The position numbers were made by a program, and so were the translations under genes. This document shows, piece after piece, positions 26,171-36,773 of a stretch of DNA of 64,000 nt. The notes beneath the pieces were generated by a model that was not told the origin of the DNA, searched no databases, and saw only the letters and a program-made list of their open reading frames with translations. Numbering within the stretch: position 1 is the stretch's first letter; each line of letters begins with the position of its first letter. The stretch comes from Anaerolineae bacterium (lineage in GTDB: Bacteria; Chloroflexota; Anaerolineae; UBA1429), in assembly GCA_963675785.1 (NCBI GenBank), contig OY776562.1, forward strand, positions 1,824,001 to 1,888,000, in the 5' to 3' direction.

Positions 26171-28813
26171 ATGATCACGAGTGCCGAGATTAGAGCGCGC
26201 TTTTTGCGCTACTTTGAAGAACACGGACACACCATTGTGCAGAGTTCGTCTCTGCTGCCGGGCAATGACCCCACACTCCTCTTTGTTAACGCCGGAATGG
26301 TTCCATTCAAAGATGTGTTCACCGGCGCTGAAGTGCGGCCCTATCTCCGCGCCACAACATCCCAAAAGTGCATGCGAGTCAGCGGCAAACACAATGACTT
26401 GGACAGCGTTGGCCCTTCGCCCAGGCACCATACCTTTTTCGAGATGCTGGGCAACTTTTCCTTTGGCGATTATTTCAAGCGCGAAGCCATCACCTTTGCC
26501 TGGACGTTCCTGACCAAGGAAATGGGGCTCGATCCCGACAGGCTTTGGCCCACCATCTATACCGATGATGACGAAGCCTTTGCCCTGTGGCAAGAGATTG
26601 CTGGTTTGCCTCCCGAACGAATTACGCGTTTGGATGCCAAGAGCAACTATTGGTCGATGGGCGACACCGGCCCTAACGGCCCTTGCTCTGAGATCATCTA
26701 TGATCGCGGCCCTGAGGCCTGCACTTGCGGCAATCCCAACTGCACACTAGCGGATGAATGCGATCGCTGGCTCGAGTTGTGGAACCTGGTGTTTATGCAA
26801 TTCGAGACCCATGCAGACGGCACCACGACACCCCTGCCTCGCCCTAGTATCGATACGGGCCTGGGCTTGGAGCGTATTACCTCAGTATTGCAAAACGTCG
26901 ATAACAATTATGATACCGACGTTTTCATGCCGATTATGGAGCGCATGCGCGAATTGGCAGGCATGTCTATTCAGGAAATGCGCGCCAACATTGTGCCTTT
27001 TCGCGTCATCGCCGATCATTCTCGCGCCATCGCCTTTCTCATTGCCGACGGTGTGATGCCAGGCAATGAAGGCCGCAACTATGTGCTGCGCATGGTGCTG
27101 CGCCGTGCGGCCCGTTTTGGCCGCAAGCTGGGCATGGATCGCCCCTTTTTGGCCGAAACGACGCAAGTGGTCATTGATACTATGGGCCAGCATTATGTCG
27201 AATTAGTAGAACGCGGCGCCTTTATCAAGGACGTGGTTACCCAGGAAGAAGAGCGCTTTTTGCAGACGCTCTCTGTGGGCCTGACCCGGTTAGAAGAGCT
27301 CACCAGCGAACTGGGGAGTCAGGGAAAGCAGACTATCCCCGGAGACGAGGCCTTTAGGCTGTACGACACTTTTGGGTTTCCGCTAGAACTCACACGGGAT
27401 GCCGCTGAAGAAGCCGGCTTTTCGGTGGATGAAAAAGGGTTTGCCGCAGCTATGGCCGCCCAAAAGGAACGGGCTCGCGGCGCCACCCGCTTTGCCGCCG
27501 ATAATGCCGCCGAATTATACCGCTCTCTGGACCTCAAACCGACAGTTTTTTGCGGTTACGAGACCTGCGATACACAAGCTACTGTACTGGCCATTGTGCG
27601 CAACGGTGAGTCCGTCTCTTCTGCTTCTGAGAACAGTGAGATAAGCATCGTTCTCGATACCACGCCTTTTTACGGCGAATCTGGCGGCCAGGTAGGCGAT
27701 ACCGGCTATATAGTTGCCAATGACCTTGTTATTGAGGTAACTAATTCGACACGCCCGCTTCCCGGTCTTTTTGCGCATCATGCCATCATTCGCACGGGAA
27801 CGGTGAGTGTAGGCGATTCCGTTATAGCTCAGGTGGATGAGGAGCGGCGCCTGGACATTGCTCGCAACCACACCGCCACCCACCTGCTGCACCGCGCTTT
27901 GCGTCAAATTCTCGGCGAACACGCGGCTCAGTCTGGTTCGCTGGTAGCACCCGAGCATCTTCGCTTTGACTTTTCGCACCTTTCGGCCATGAGCACCGAG
28001 CAGCTGCGCCAGGTCGAAGATATCGTCAATGCGGAAATTCGCCAAGATGCCCCTGTCTCTACACGTGAAACGTCGCTCGATGAGGCTCGCCAGCAAGGGG
28101 TTATTGCCCTCTTTGGCGAAAAATACGGTGACCGCGTCCGCGTGGTAAACGTAGAAGGATTCTCTTCCGAGCTGTGCGGCGGTACTCACCTACACAGCAC
28201 CGGTCAGATTGGCTGCTTTTTCATCAAAAGCGAAGCCAGCGTCGGATCGGGGCTACGGCGTATTGAAGCCGTAACTGGACGTGGCGCGCTGGCTTTTGTC
28301 CGCAACCACATGGACCGACTCAACCGCGTGGGAGAGTTGGTTTCTTCACGGCCCGGCGAAGAGGCTGAACGTGTCGCCGCGCTGATGCAAGAAGTCAAAG
28401 ATCAACGCAAAAACCTGCAAGACCTGCAGCGCGAGATAGCTGCAAAAAGCGTTGACTCGCTGACTGATTCTGCGGTAGAAATAAGTGGTACAAAGGTTCT
28501 GACTGCCGTTGTACAAGCCGTTGATGTAGATACATTGCGTGATATGTGCGACCAGTTCCGCGACAAGCTGGGAAGCGGTGTTGTGGGCCTGGGTGCTGTT
28601 ATTGATGAAAAGCCCTTGTTGATCGTTTCGATCACAGCAGATCTCGTCAAGCGAGGCCTGCACGCTGGTAAACTGGCTGGTGCGGCCGCGCGCCTGATGG
28701 GCGGTGGTGGTGGCGGCAAGCCCCATATGGCTCAAGCAGGCGGCAAAGATGCCTCCAAGATTGAAAAAGCAGTCTCGAATATCAAACAACTGGTTACTGA
28801 TGCCCTGAATTGA
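26171..28813 (+). CDS. alaS: Alanine--tRNA ligase
   Basis: NAGMVPFK, HHTFFEMLGNFSFGDYFK, editing HTATH and ELCGGTH, and C-terminal GGGGGK. Confidence 0.98.
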   Translation: MITSAEIRARFLRYFEEHGHTIVQSSSLLPGNDPTLLFVNAGMVPFKDVFTGAEVRPYLRATTSQKCMRVSGKHNDLDSVGPSPRHHTFFEMLGNFSFGDYFKREAITFAWTFLTKEMGLDPDRLWPTIYTDDDEAFALWQEIAGLPPERITRLDAKSNYWSMGDTGPNGPCSEIIYDRGPEACTCGNPNCTLADECDRWLELWNLVFMQFETHADGTTTPLPRPSIDTGLGLERITSVLQNVDNNYDTDVFMPIMERMRELAGMSIQEMRANIVPFRVIADHSRAIAFLIADGVMPGNEGRNYVLRMVLRRAARFGRKLGMDRPFLAETTQVVIDTMGQHYVELVERGAFIKDVVTQEEERFLQTLSVGLTRLEELTSELGSQGKQTIPGDEAFRLYDTFGFPLELTRDAAEEAGFSVDEKGFAAAMAAQKERARGATRFAADNAAELYRSLDLKPTVFCGYETCDTQATVLAIVRNGESVSSASENSEISIVLDTTPFYGESGGQVGDTGYIVANDLVIEVTNSTRPLPGLFAHHAIIRTGTVSVGDSVIAQVDEERRLDIARNHTATHLLHRALRQILGEHAAQSGSLVAPEHLRFDFSHLSAMSTEQLRQVEDIVNAEIRQDAPVSTRETSLDEARQQGVIALFGEKYGDRVRVVNVEGFSSELCGGTHLHSTGQIGCFFIKSEASVGSGLRRIEAVTGRGALAFVRNHMDRLNRVGELVSSRPGEEAERVAALMQEVKDQRKNLQDLQREIAAKSVDSLTDSAVEISGTKVLTAVVQAVDVDTLRDMCDQFRDKLGSGVVGLGAVIDEKPLLIVSITADLVKRGLHAGKLAGAAARLMGGGGGGKPHMAQAGGKDASKIEKAVSNIKQLVTDALN

Positions 28814-28853
28814 TGATCCCGATTCCCGTATATTGGGAAAGGAGCACGCATCC

Positions 28854-30119
28854 ATGGCTTTATTGCGATTCCCTCGCAAGAATGCAATAACTGGCACGCC
28901 AAGATACCACAGCATTGTATCTTGGGAGCCCGGTGAGGTGCGTGCTTCGGTCATCGAAGCCACCAGCGGATCAGCCCAGTTGATCGGTGTGGGCTTTGCC
29001 CCTGTGCAGGGCATTGATTCCGGGGAACGGCCAGATGTTGACGAATGGACCAAGAGTTGTGAAGAAGCACTATCGAACGCAGAAGAAATGACGCGTGAAG
29101 CCGCCGGGCACCGTGTTATCCCCGATCTTGTCACCATGAGCGTCCCTCCCCTGCTGACTGACACCCATCCCATCGTCGTACACCGGGAGCGAATGCACCC
29201 AGATCGAATCATCAGCTATGGCGAAATGTCAGCCCTGGCCCGTCGAGGATATCGCCAGGCCCAGGATGAACTGGAATTGGGACGGAACAAGAACGGCCAG
29301 GACGTCGTCTTTGGGTCAGTTGCGCGTGTTTTGTTGGACAGGCAAAGCGTCATTGACCCCCTGGGCTTGCAGGGACAAGAGATTGAAGCGCACCTGAGTT
29401 TTGACCTGCTTCCCGTAGCTTGGATTCGGGCGCTGGAGGTGGTTTCGAATAGATTGGAACTGTGTCTGGCCGGCATTGTACCGCAGCAGGCAGCTTATGC
29501 CTCACCATTGACCGGCTCGGACGTGTTGTTGATTGCGATCTATGATCACTTTACCTCAGTGGCCAGGTGCCGCCGGGGTCGCATAGAATGGGCTCGTTTG
29601 GCAACTATGGGCGAGCGGGATATCGTTATGAGCACTGTGCAATCCGTCGGGTTACGCGGGCGCCAGGCCGATACCATGCTCAATGCCTTTCGGGCGGGGA
29701 ATCTGGCAACAGATTTGGATCGCATTTTGGCCAATGCCTTTTGGACCGAGTTAAAACGCTGGATGCGGTGCATTGCGGATCTTGTGGGCGAAGCGGATCA
29801 GTCGGGCGATGTGCCAACTGCCGTGTATGTGGCAGATACAACCCGGCGCTTCCCAGAGGCAGCCATGGCGCTGCAAGAACCTTACTTTGAGGACCTGTTG
29901 CCCTTTGGTCAGTGCCCCCAAGTTTATGTGATGCAGAGCGGTAACGTGGGCAGCGTACTCGACCTGACCACCAATGCAGCAGATCCCGGTTATCTAGCTT
30001 TGCGTGCTCTGGCTCATTACGTGGCAAGATTTTACGCTACCAATGAGAACCTGGATCGAGCCGTTGCTGAAAATCTTCGTTGGAAGACGCTCAACCGCTT
30101 TGGTCCAGCTAGTGGATAA
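28854..30119 (+). CDS. FtsA/actin-like fold protein with degenerate nucleotide-binding motifs
   Basis: Overall FtsA layout (IGVG..P..GI..G, C..AL..AE, V.LD...V.DPLG.QG), but the DIG motifs are replaced by SWEPG and AIYDH. Confidence 0.6.
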   Translation: MALLRFPRKNAITGTPRYHSIVSWEPGEVRASVIEATSGSAQLIGVGFAPVQGIDSGERPDVDEWTKSCEEALSNAEEMTREAAGHRVIPDLVTMSVPPLLTDTHPIVVHRERMHPDRIISYGEMSALARRGYRQAQDELELGRNKNGQDVVFGSVARVLLDRQSVIDPLGLQGQEIEAHLSFDLLPVAWIRALEVVSNRLELCLAGIVPQQAAYASPLTGSDVLLIAIYDHFTSVARCRRGRIEWARLATMGERDIVMSTVQSVGLRGRQADTMLNAFRAGNLATDLDRILANAFWTELKRWMRCIADLVGEADQSGDVPTAVYVADTTRRFPEAAMALQEPYFEDLLPFGQCPQVYVMQSGNVGSVLDLTTNAADPGYLALRALAHYVARFYATNENLDRAVAENLRWKTLNRFGPASG

Positions 30120-30131
30120 CAAGGAGATATC

Positions 30132-31637
30132 TTGGCAGTCGTAAGCGTCTATCATCTCACGCGTCGAGACACAGTTTATACGGCGCGTGAGCTTTTGCGT
30201 CAGGCTGAGCCCGAAAGTGAAGTCTGGCTTGTACTACCCTGGCGCGTCGCCTGGGCTCGCAAACAGGTCAATCTTGAGCTGCTCAAGCGCATGGCATACA
30301 CCGCAAATGTCGATCTGCACCTCGTTACCCGCCATATCGAAACTCGCGAGATGGCTATAGAGACGGGCTTGCGCGTTCATACCTTTATTCCCATCTCGCT
30401 GGCCAAGAATGAGCAATCGACCACAACGCCCGAAGCAGAAAGCCGCTTCAGAAACGCCAAGAGGCGCGCAGCCAGTCAGCAGGAGCGAAAATCATTTAGC
30501 GTCGGCAGCGCTCTTTGGGGACTAGCCACTGTGCTATTACTCGTTGGCGTCCTTGGTGGTGTGATGGCTATTTTCGTGCCTCAGGCAGAAGTCACCATCA
30601 AGCCGCAAGCCGAGCCTGTCGAAGCCCAGTTTACCGTGACTGTAAACACGGAATACACCAGCATTGATTACGGCCGCGCCATGATACCAGGTAAGAGCGT
30701 CCAGGTGATCGTCGAAGGGCGAGGCGAATCGGCGGCTTCTGGCAGCACAGAAATTGCTGGAACGCATGCTACAGGCAATGTAGTTTTTGCCAATCGCACC
30801 TCGCAGACCGTTACTGTACCCCAGGGTACTATTGTACGCACCAGTTCCAGTTCGCCTGTGCGCTTTTATACCACTGCGGATGTAGAGATCGCCGGACAGA
30901 TCAACGCCATCGCCAGTGTCCAGGTTATCTCGGTGGATGCTGGCCTAGAGAATAATGTCAATGCCTGGACCATTAACGTAGTAGAAGGTGAACTCGCCAA
31001 CTCGGTCAGCGTGCTCAATGCAGAAGGTTTGTACGGTGGCGGCAACACCAGTGTGCCTGTCATCGCCACAGAGGACTTTACAACCGTGCGTGATGAGACG
31101 ATCGAACTGCTGGGAAGCCAAGCATATGAGCAGCTCTTGGCCGAACTGGATGAGGGGGAGTTCATCCCGGCTGATACGCTCGAAGTGCTGGTCATGTCGC
31201 AAGAGTACGATCAGGTGGTTGGGCAACAGAGCGACACCATCAGCATTAGCATGAAAGTTGTGGCTCGAGGAACTGTTATATCCAGCGATGATCTGACCGA
31301 TTTAGCCATGGCCATGCTAGAAAGCAAAGCGACAACGGGCACTTCACTCATCGAGAGCAGCATCGCTGTATCACGTTCAGCCACTTTGCTAAACGATGAC
31401 GGCAATGTAACCATGACTCTTGAGGCTCGGGGCATGGCGGCGCCAGAGATCGATACAGAGGCCCTATTGGACGAGATCGCTGGCAAGAGCAGCGACAAGG
31501 CCATAGAGATTCTGATGGAAGCCGTTTCACTCACCGAAGAACCCACCATCGACATCTCGCCCGAAAGCTGGAACAAGTTGCCCTACCTACAGGGGCGTAT
31601 CACATTCAATGTTTCAGCGCAGGTACCCGAAGAATGA
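30132..31637 (+). CDS. Membrane-anchored 'baseplate J/gp47-like' protein (Chloroflexota/CPR type)
   Basis: Cytoplasmic N-domain, TM, then ATG.V.F.N....V.VP.GT.V, V.F.T, G...NV....I and V.N.....GG motifs. No phage genes nearby. Confidence 0.7.
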   Translation: MAVVSVYHLTRRDTVYTARELLRQAEPESEVWLVLPWRVAWARKQVNLELLKRMAYTANVDLHLVTRHIETREMAIETGLRVHTFIPISLAKNEQSTTTPEAESRFRNAKRRAASQQERKSFSVGSALWGLATVLLLVGVLGGVMAIFVPQAEVTIKPQAEPVEAQFTVTVNTEYTSIDYGRAMIPGKSVQVIVEGRGESAASGSTEIAGTHATGNVVFANRTSQTVTVPQGTIVRTSSSSPVRFYTTADVEIAGQINAIASVQVISVDAGLENNVNAWTINVVEGELANSVSVLNAEGLYGGGNTSVPVIATEDFTTVRDETIELLGSQAYEQLLAELDEGEFIPADTLEVLVMSQEYDQVVGQQSDTISISMKVVARGTVISSDDLTDLAMAMLESKATTGTSLIESSIAVSRSATLLNDDGNVTMTLEARGMAAPEIDTEALLDEIAGKSSDKAIEILMEAVSLTEEPTIDISPESWNKLPYLQGRITFNVSAQVPEE

Positions 31638-32059
31638 TCTTGCTCTCGCTGGACGTCGGTGACATTCGCGTTGGTGTAGCACGTTGTGACAGAAGCGGAT
31701 TGATCGTCACGCCCATTACTACATTGGAGCGCGGACAGGGCCCAGCCAGCTTTTTACGGATTGCCGAGATGGTGCGCGAATACGGCGCAGAAGCGATTGT
31801 GGTAGGTATGCCCTACCTGCCGGACGACAGCGAAGGTCAACAGGCCCGTTCAACACGAGCCTATGTTAATGGTCTGAACAAACATGTAACAGTGCCCATC
31901 CTGTTTTATGACGAGACAGAAAGCAGCAGTGAGGCCGGGGAAATTATGCGGCAAAACAAGCGCAGCCGACGACGACGAAAACAAACCATCGATGCCGTAG
32001 CTGCGGCTGTCATTTTGCAGCGTTACCTCGATAGCCAATCAGGAGAACCGCATCTGTGA
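31634..32059 (+). CDS. ruvX: YqgF/RuvX family RNase H-fold nuclease
   Basis: LSLDVG..RVGVA, VVGMP, DE..SS and IDAVAAAVILQ.YLD. Confidence 0.92.
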   Translation: MILLSLDVGDIRVGVARCDRSGLIVTPITTLERGQGPASFLRIAEMVREYGAEAIVVGMPYLPDDSEGQQARSTRAYVNGLNKHVTVPILFYDETESSSEAGEIMRQNKRSRRRRKQTIDAVAAAVILQRYLDSQSGEPHL

Positions 32060-33204
32060 ACAAAGCCGCGCGAGTGATCCTCCGCATTCTGACCTCCCTT
32101 TTATTGATTGCCGTAGTCGTAGTCCTTTTGGGCAGCGGCCTGCTTTACGTGCTGCAAGATGCCCGAGATAGAACGCCAGATTCTGACTTTGTCATCACTG
32201 TCGATTCCATCGAACACGAACTGCTAGGTCTTTATCTCAGCTACAAAGGTGATGATACAATGGCAGCTCCAGAACCTGACAGTGAAAAGAGAGTCACCTT
32301 TGTGGTTGAATCGGGCGCCGCGCTGGGTACCATCGCCACGCAACTAGAGACGGCCGGCCTGGTACAAGATGGTGATACTTTTCAAACGCTGGTGCAATAT
32401 AACGGCCTCGAATACAGCATTCAGGCCGGTGTATTTTCACTGAGCCCCTCCATGGATATGGAAACGATTATGGAGCAGCTGCAACACGGCCAGATCGAAT
32501 CTGCCCAGGTTACCATTGTGGAGGGATTGAGGGTTGAAGAAATAGCAGCTCAGTTAGAAGAGGCGGGGGTCGTCTCGCAGAATGAATTTCTCACAGCCGT
32601 GTGGAATGGCCAGTTTGAGCATGACATTCTCGCAGACCGCCCTGATGAAATCCTATCACTGGAAGGCTATCTCTTCCCCGATACCTACTACTTGCCTCTC
32701 AATACCGATGCAGACACAGTACTGCAAGTTATGTTGGACAACCTTTCACAGCGCCTGGGTGATGATCTGCTTGCCGAGATCGACGACCAAGGGACCACCC
32801 TCTACGAGGCGCTTACCATGGCCAGCATCGTAGAGCGCGAAGCGATGGTAGACGAGGAGCGCGGACTCATCGCCGGTGTATATTACAACCGACTTGAGCA
32901 GGGCATGGCACTGCAATCTGATCCCACCGTGCAGTATAGCAAGGGGTATAGCGAAGCGGATGCAACCTGGTGGGCACCCATGCTGCAAGAAGAGGCCCAG
33001 ACGGTAGTCTCACCTTATAACACCTTTATGGTACTGGGCCTGCCTCCCGGTCCCATCTGCAACCCGGGCCTGGCTTCCATTGAAGCCAGTGTTGAACCGA
33101 CCGAAAGCAACTATTTGTACTTTTATGCCAAGGGCGATGGCACACACGCCTTTGCCACCACCTACGAGGAGCATCTGGAAAATCAGGCCCTGTACGGGGG
33201 CTGA
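32056..33204 (+). CDS. mltG: Endolytic transglycosylase MltG
   Basis: TI.EGLR, LEGYLFPDTY, ASIVERE, LQSDPTV.Y, SPYNT and GLPPGPICNPG. Confidence 0.95.
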   Translation: MNKAARVILRILTSLLLIAVVVVLLGSGLLYVLQDARDRTPDSDFVITVDSIEHELLGLYLSYKGDDTMAAPEPDSEKRVTFVVESGAALGTIATQLETAGLVQDGDTFQTLVQYNGLEYSIQAGVFSLSPSMDMETIMEQLQHGQIESAQVTIVEGLRVEEIAAQLEEAGVVSQNEFLTAVWNGQFEHDILADRPDEILSLEGYLFPDTYYLPLNTDADTVLQVMLDNLSQRLGDDLLAEIDDQGTTLYEALTMASIVEREAMVDEERGLIAGVYYNRLEQGMALQSDPTVQYSKGYSEADATWWAPMLQEEAQTVVSPYNTFMVLGLPPGPICNPGLASIEASVEPTESNYLYFYAKGDGTHAFATTYEEHLENQALYGG

Positions 33205-33214
33205 GGCCATAAAT

Positions 33215-33252
33215 AACAAAAAGGGGCGGATTTGCATCCGCCCCTTTTTGTT
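33215..33252. terminator. Bidirectional intrinsic terminator
   Basis: ACAAAAAGGGGCGGAT-ttgc-ATCCGCCCCTTTTTGT between convergent genes. Confidence 0.88.
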
Positions 33253-33269
33253 TACCGGAACTTGCATTC

Positions 33270-36200
33270 TTAGTACGAAGGATCCGTGGCTAACATCATC
33301 ACCGATAACGTAGTAAGTCGCCCTACAGCACCAATCTTGTCTGGATCGATAGTTTCGTAGGTATCTTGTGGTGTATGCACATATTCATCGGCACCATCCC
33401 AACTCAGAATCATCAAAGCCACGTCTTCACTGGGGGAAAGCCAATCAGAAAAGATGCTATGCAAGCCAGAACCTGAAGCAGTGACTTTGACACCAACCTT
33501 GCGTGCCGCATCCTGAACAATCTCTGTAAGAGCATTGCGGGTCGACAAGGAGATCAGTGCCTTTTGACCAGACCCCGCCCCCACACCCTCTAGCTCAAAA
33601 GCACCAAGGATCTCAAGCGTGTCAAAACCGGGGTGTGCCTCAAGGAAACGCTCATAATTCACAGCAGAGCCGCGCTCACCACCCGCCCAGGCCACAAAAA
33701 TAATCGTCCTTTGCGGCTTGAAATCCTGCTCAGCCATAGTACGCAACACCTCAAGCATTGTAGCAATGCCACTGGCGTTATCATTGGCGCCAGGCAAGAG
33801 TTCGCCATTTTCATCACGGCCCAAACCATCATAGTAGGCCGAGATGATGATCGCTTCGTGCCCCAGCAGCACATCCTCGCCGGGCCAAAGGCCGATAACA
33901 TTGCGCACTTCAATACGTCCAGTATCCTCGACTGGAACCGTGACAGTAACCTGCCATCCCGTATCTAGGTAGAACTTGGATGATGAAGCAATCAACATCT
34001 GAAGATCATAACCAATTACATCCATGACCTCACTCATAAAATCCAAGGTGACATATACACTAGGTGCAGCATCGTCCAGCGAAGTCCCCAACGAGGTGGG
34101 CAGTTCAAATAGCTGAGTTATATCGCTTTCATCCCCCAAGCTAATCATACCGCTCTTGGATATATACCCTAAACCCTTTTGGAATGAATATCGATCACCC
34201 AACCACAGCACGACTTTATCTTCGCGATCAATCTCTTCATCCGTAACATTGTAGGCATCATCAGCAGCATCACGAGAAGAAATGCGCGTACCTCCTGGAG
34301 ATATAACCACCAAATCTCCCGTACCATAACCGCCAGCATCAGAAGAATCGCTGTCGCGTACGAAATCGACGCCATATTCGCCTTCGATAACTTCGCCATT
34401 AGGTCCCGTAAAAACCAGCGTGGGGGTATCTACCAGATTGCGGTAATAAGCGGTGATCTCTTGGTAGTAAGTTTCATTCTCGCCGCCCGGCTGCAGACCA
34501 TAGTCGCGGAATTCTTGGGCAATAGATTCGGCAATTTCGTTCGCCTCTTCACTGCCCGAAAGCCTGCCATTTAGCGATTCGTCTGTAAGCCAGGCAATAT
34601 CCTCCATAGCCCGTTCTTCTGAAAAAGCTTTAGCATAGGCTGAATAGTGTGTCGCATAACTATTGGCATCGAACATCCAGTACACGCCAGCGCCTATAAT
34701 CACGGCAACCAAGAGTGTGTAGCGATTGAACAGTGTACGCATGGAGAGTGTTAGTTTTTCGCTCACTTGACGAAGCCCTTCGCCAAGATAGGTAAAGCCC
34801 ATGATAGCAATAAAAAAGGCCGCCGCCGGATAGAGGGCACTCCATGGCGCGCTGCGTATGCTCTTCCAAGAGTTGGCCAGCATAACGGACCATTCGGGGA
34901 CGTTATAATAAATCACTGATGGGTAGCTATCACCACTCGCGGCACGCCCCCCACCGATAAACACACCAAGAAAACCAAGCTCGCCCAGGAGCATGAGCAC
35001 GCCGCCCATCTCCAGAAAGGCTAGACTGATAATCTTGGGCCAAACATTAGGCAGAACATGCGAACTGAGAATCTGCCCCTCAGTTAGGCCATTAGCCACA
35101 GCCCCTTCGATATAGGCCATGGGGCGAATGGCAGACACTTCACTGCGCACGGCTTGCATCACATCAGCCCAACCCACCGCGGCCAGGGCAATGATGAATG
35201 AAGACATACCTTCTTGTACGCCCAGGCCATAGACAATGAGCATGGCCAATAGCAGCCCCGGAAAGGCTGAAAAAGCTTCCCCCAAGCCAATAATAAAACG
35301 ATCCAATCGACTGTCTGAATACCATCCCGCCAAAAAACCGAGCAGACAGCCAATAAGCATACGAATAACCACCGCAAAAAGGGCTATGGACAACGTCCGC
35401 CCAGCTCCGGAAAGCAACAGGCTGAGGATATCGCGTCCCTGGGCGTCTGTGCCTAATAAATAAGTCTCACTAGGCGCCATAGGCGGAACAACGCTCTCGC
35501 CATTCACTTCGATAAAGAGCTGATAATCATAAGGATCATGAGGAGAAATGGAAGTTCCAAATAAAACAACAACTAAAAGCAAAGCTGTAATAATCAAACC
35601 GACGATCAAAGAAGCGTTACCCGCCGTAGCACGAATCCAGGCATCCCGACGTGCTTTGGTTCTGATGCGAGCCGCACGTTGGTCCTCCTTATCTACTCGC
35701 TGATTGGCGCCTTGTATATCTTCAAATGAAGCCAGTTTTATCTGATGGGCAGCACGCCGCTCACGCCATCTTCTAAAGGTGAGCCAGCTCCAAAAAGAGC
35801 GGATAACCTGGCAAAACCAATCTGACCAGCTGCTCTTGAGGCGGATATGCGCAGCCTCTTCAGCCAAACGTGGATCCAACACATGCTGAAGAATATCAAC
35901 CGAAAGATTGATCAAGATAAAGGCGCCGCCCAAGATGAAAACCATCAAGCTGGCCCCAATCACTTGGCCAGTCTGTAGTAACTCCAAGAGTCCAACCCCA
36001 GCTCCAGGCCAACTGAACACAGTTTCTACCACCGGTAGGCTTGAGAGAGCCAAACGTAGTGAAGTGGCCAGAGTAACAAAAATAGTACCGACAGCATTAG
36101 TAAGAATATGCTTTAACCAAACACGATGGGGGCCCAACCCTTTGGCCTCAGCTGTCCGTACATAATCTTGGGAGAGGATGTCATTAATGGCTACATAGGA

Positions 36201-36773
36201 AAGGCGAGCAACTTGAGCAATGGGGCGAGCTGCCAGAACCATCACGGGGAGAATCATATGGCTATCCCAGCCAAAACCCCCTACAGGAACCAAACGAACC
36301 CCCGTGTTCTTGTAAAAGGCAATCTCTGCTATTTGCAGTACCATGGCCAGAAAAAAGCTGGGCGTTGATATGCCTACAATAGAGATAAACAATACGACGG
36401 CCGAAACTCCCTTGTGTTTGCTAGCCGCTGCTATAGCGCCGATCAAAACACCCAAGAACCCACCCACACTCATAGCCACAAGTAAAAGGCCAGCACTATT
36501 CTGGAACATGCGCACCAAAGCCTCGCCCAAATCTTCAGTGCTGTCAGGCATATAAGTGCCGCCAGTGTTGTAAAAAGTGCCGAGTTGCCCCGTAACAGCA
36601 CGTAGGGCCATCTCTACTACACCCTGGGCAGCATCCACGGCCACATTCAAAATGGAGATGGATTCGCCAGCAGAAGTATAGTGAGCCATCGTCTGTACAA
36701 ACATAGAAAGATAGACGATGGCGATGAGGACAAGGATGGAAGAAAGCAGACGTTTTGTAATGTACCGACTCAA
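33270..36773 (-). CDS. Fusion: OppB/DppB permease + OppC/DppC permease + PA/M28 peptidase-like domain
   Basis: QDYVRTAEAKGL and VETVFSWPG (OppB); LLGTD.QGRDI, YIEGA.A.G and HVLPN (OppC); GANDNASG and HTP.DT (M28). Confidence 0.88.
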   Translation of the reverse strand: MSRYITKRLLSSILVLIAIVYLSMFVQTMAHYTSAGESISILNVAVDAAQGVVEMALRAVTGQLGTFYNTGGTYMPDSTEDLGEALVRMFQNSAGLLLVAMSVGGFLGVLIGAIAAASKHKGVSAVVLFISIVGISTPSFFLAMVLQIAEIAFYKNTGVRLVPVGGFGWDSHMILPVMVLAARPIAQVARLSYVAINDILSQDYVRTAEAKGLGPHRVWLKHILTNAVGTIFVTLATSLRLALSSLPVVETVFSWPGAGVGLLELLQTGQVIGASLMVFILGGAFILINLSVDILQHVLDPRLAEEAAHIRLKSSWSDWFCQVIRSFWSWLTFRRWRERRAAHQIKLASFEDIQGANQRVDKEDQRAARIRTKARRDAWIRATAGNASLIVGLIITALLLVVVLFGTSISPHDPYDYQLFIEVNGESVVPPMAPSETYLLGTDAQGRDILSLLLSGAGRTLSIALFAVVIRMLIGCLLGFLAGWYSDSRLDRFIIGLGEAFSAFPGLLLAMLIVYGLGVQEGMSSFIIALAAVGWADVMQAVRSEVSAIRPMAYIEGAVANGLTEGQILSSHVLPNVWPKIISLAFLEMGGVLMLLGELGFLGVFIGGGRAASGDSYPSVIYYNVPEWSVMLANSWKSIRSAPWSALYPAAAFFIAIMGFTYLGEGLRQVSEKLTLSMRTLFNRYTLLVAVIIGAGVYWMFDANSYATHYSAYAKAFSEERAMEDIAWLTDESLNGRLSGSEEANEIAESIAQEFRDYGLQPGGENETYYQEITAYYRNLVDTPTLVFTGPNGEVIEGEYGVDFVRDSDSSDAGGYGTGDLVVISPGGTRISSRDAADDAYNVTDEEIDREDKVVLWLGDRYSFQKGLGYISKSGMISLGDESDITQLFELPTSLGTSLDDAAPSVYVTLDFMSEVMDVIGYDLQMLIASSSKFYLDTGWQVTVTVPVEDTGRIEVRNVIGLWPGEDVLLGHEAIIISAYYDGLGRDENGELLPGANDNASGIATMLEVLRTMAEQDFKPQRTIIFVAWAGGERGSAVNYERFLEAHPGFDTLEILGAFELEGVGAGSGQKALISLSTRNALTEIVQDAARKVGVKVTASGSGLHSIFSDWLSPSEDVALMILSWDGADEYVHTPQDTYETIDPDKIGAVGRLTTLSVMMLATDPSY

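Noticed and set aside
30132-31637. Prophage or contractile injection system suggested by the baseplate-J-like domain
   Set aside because: The protein is membrane-anchored, embedded in a housekeeping operon, and there are no sheath, tube, spike or other phage genes.
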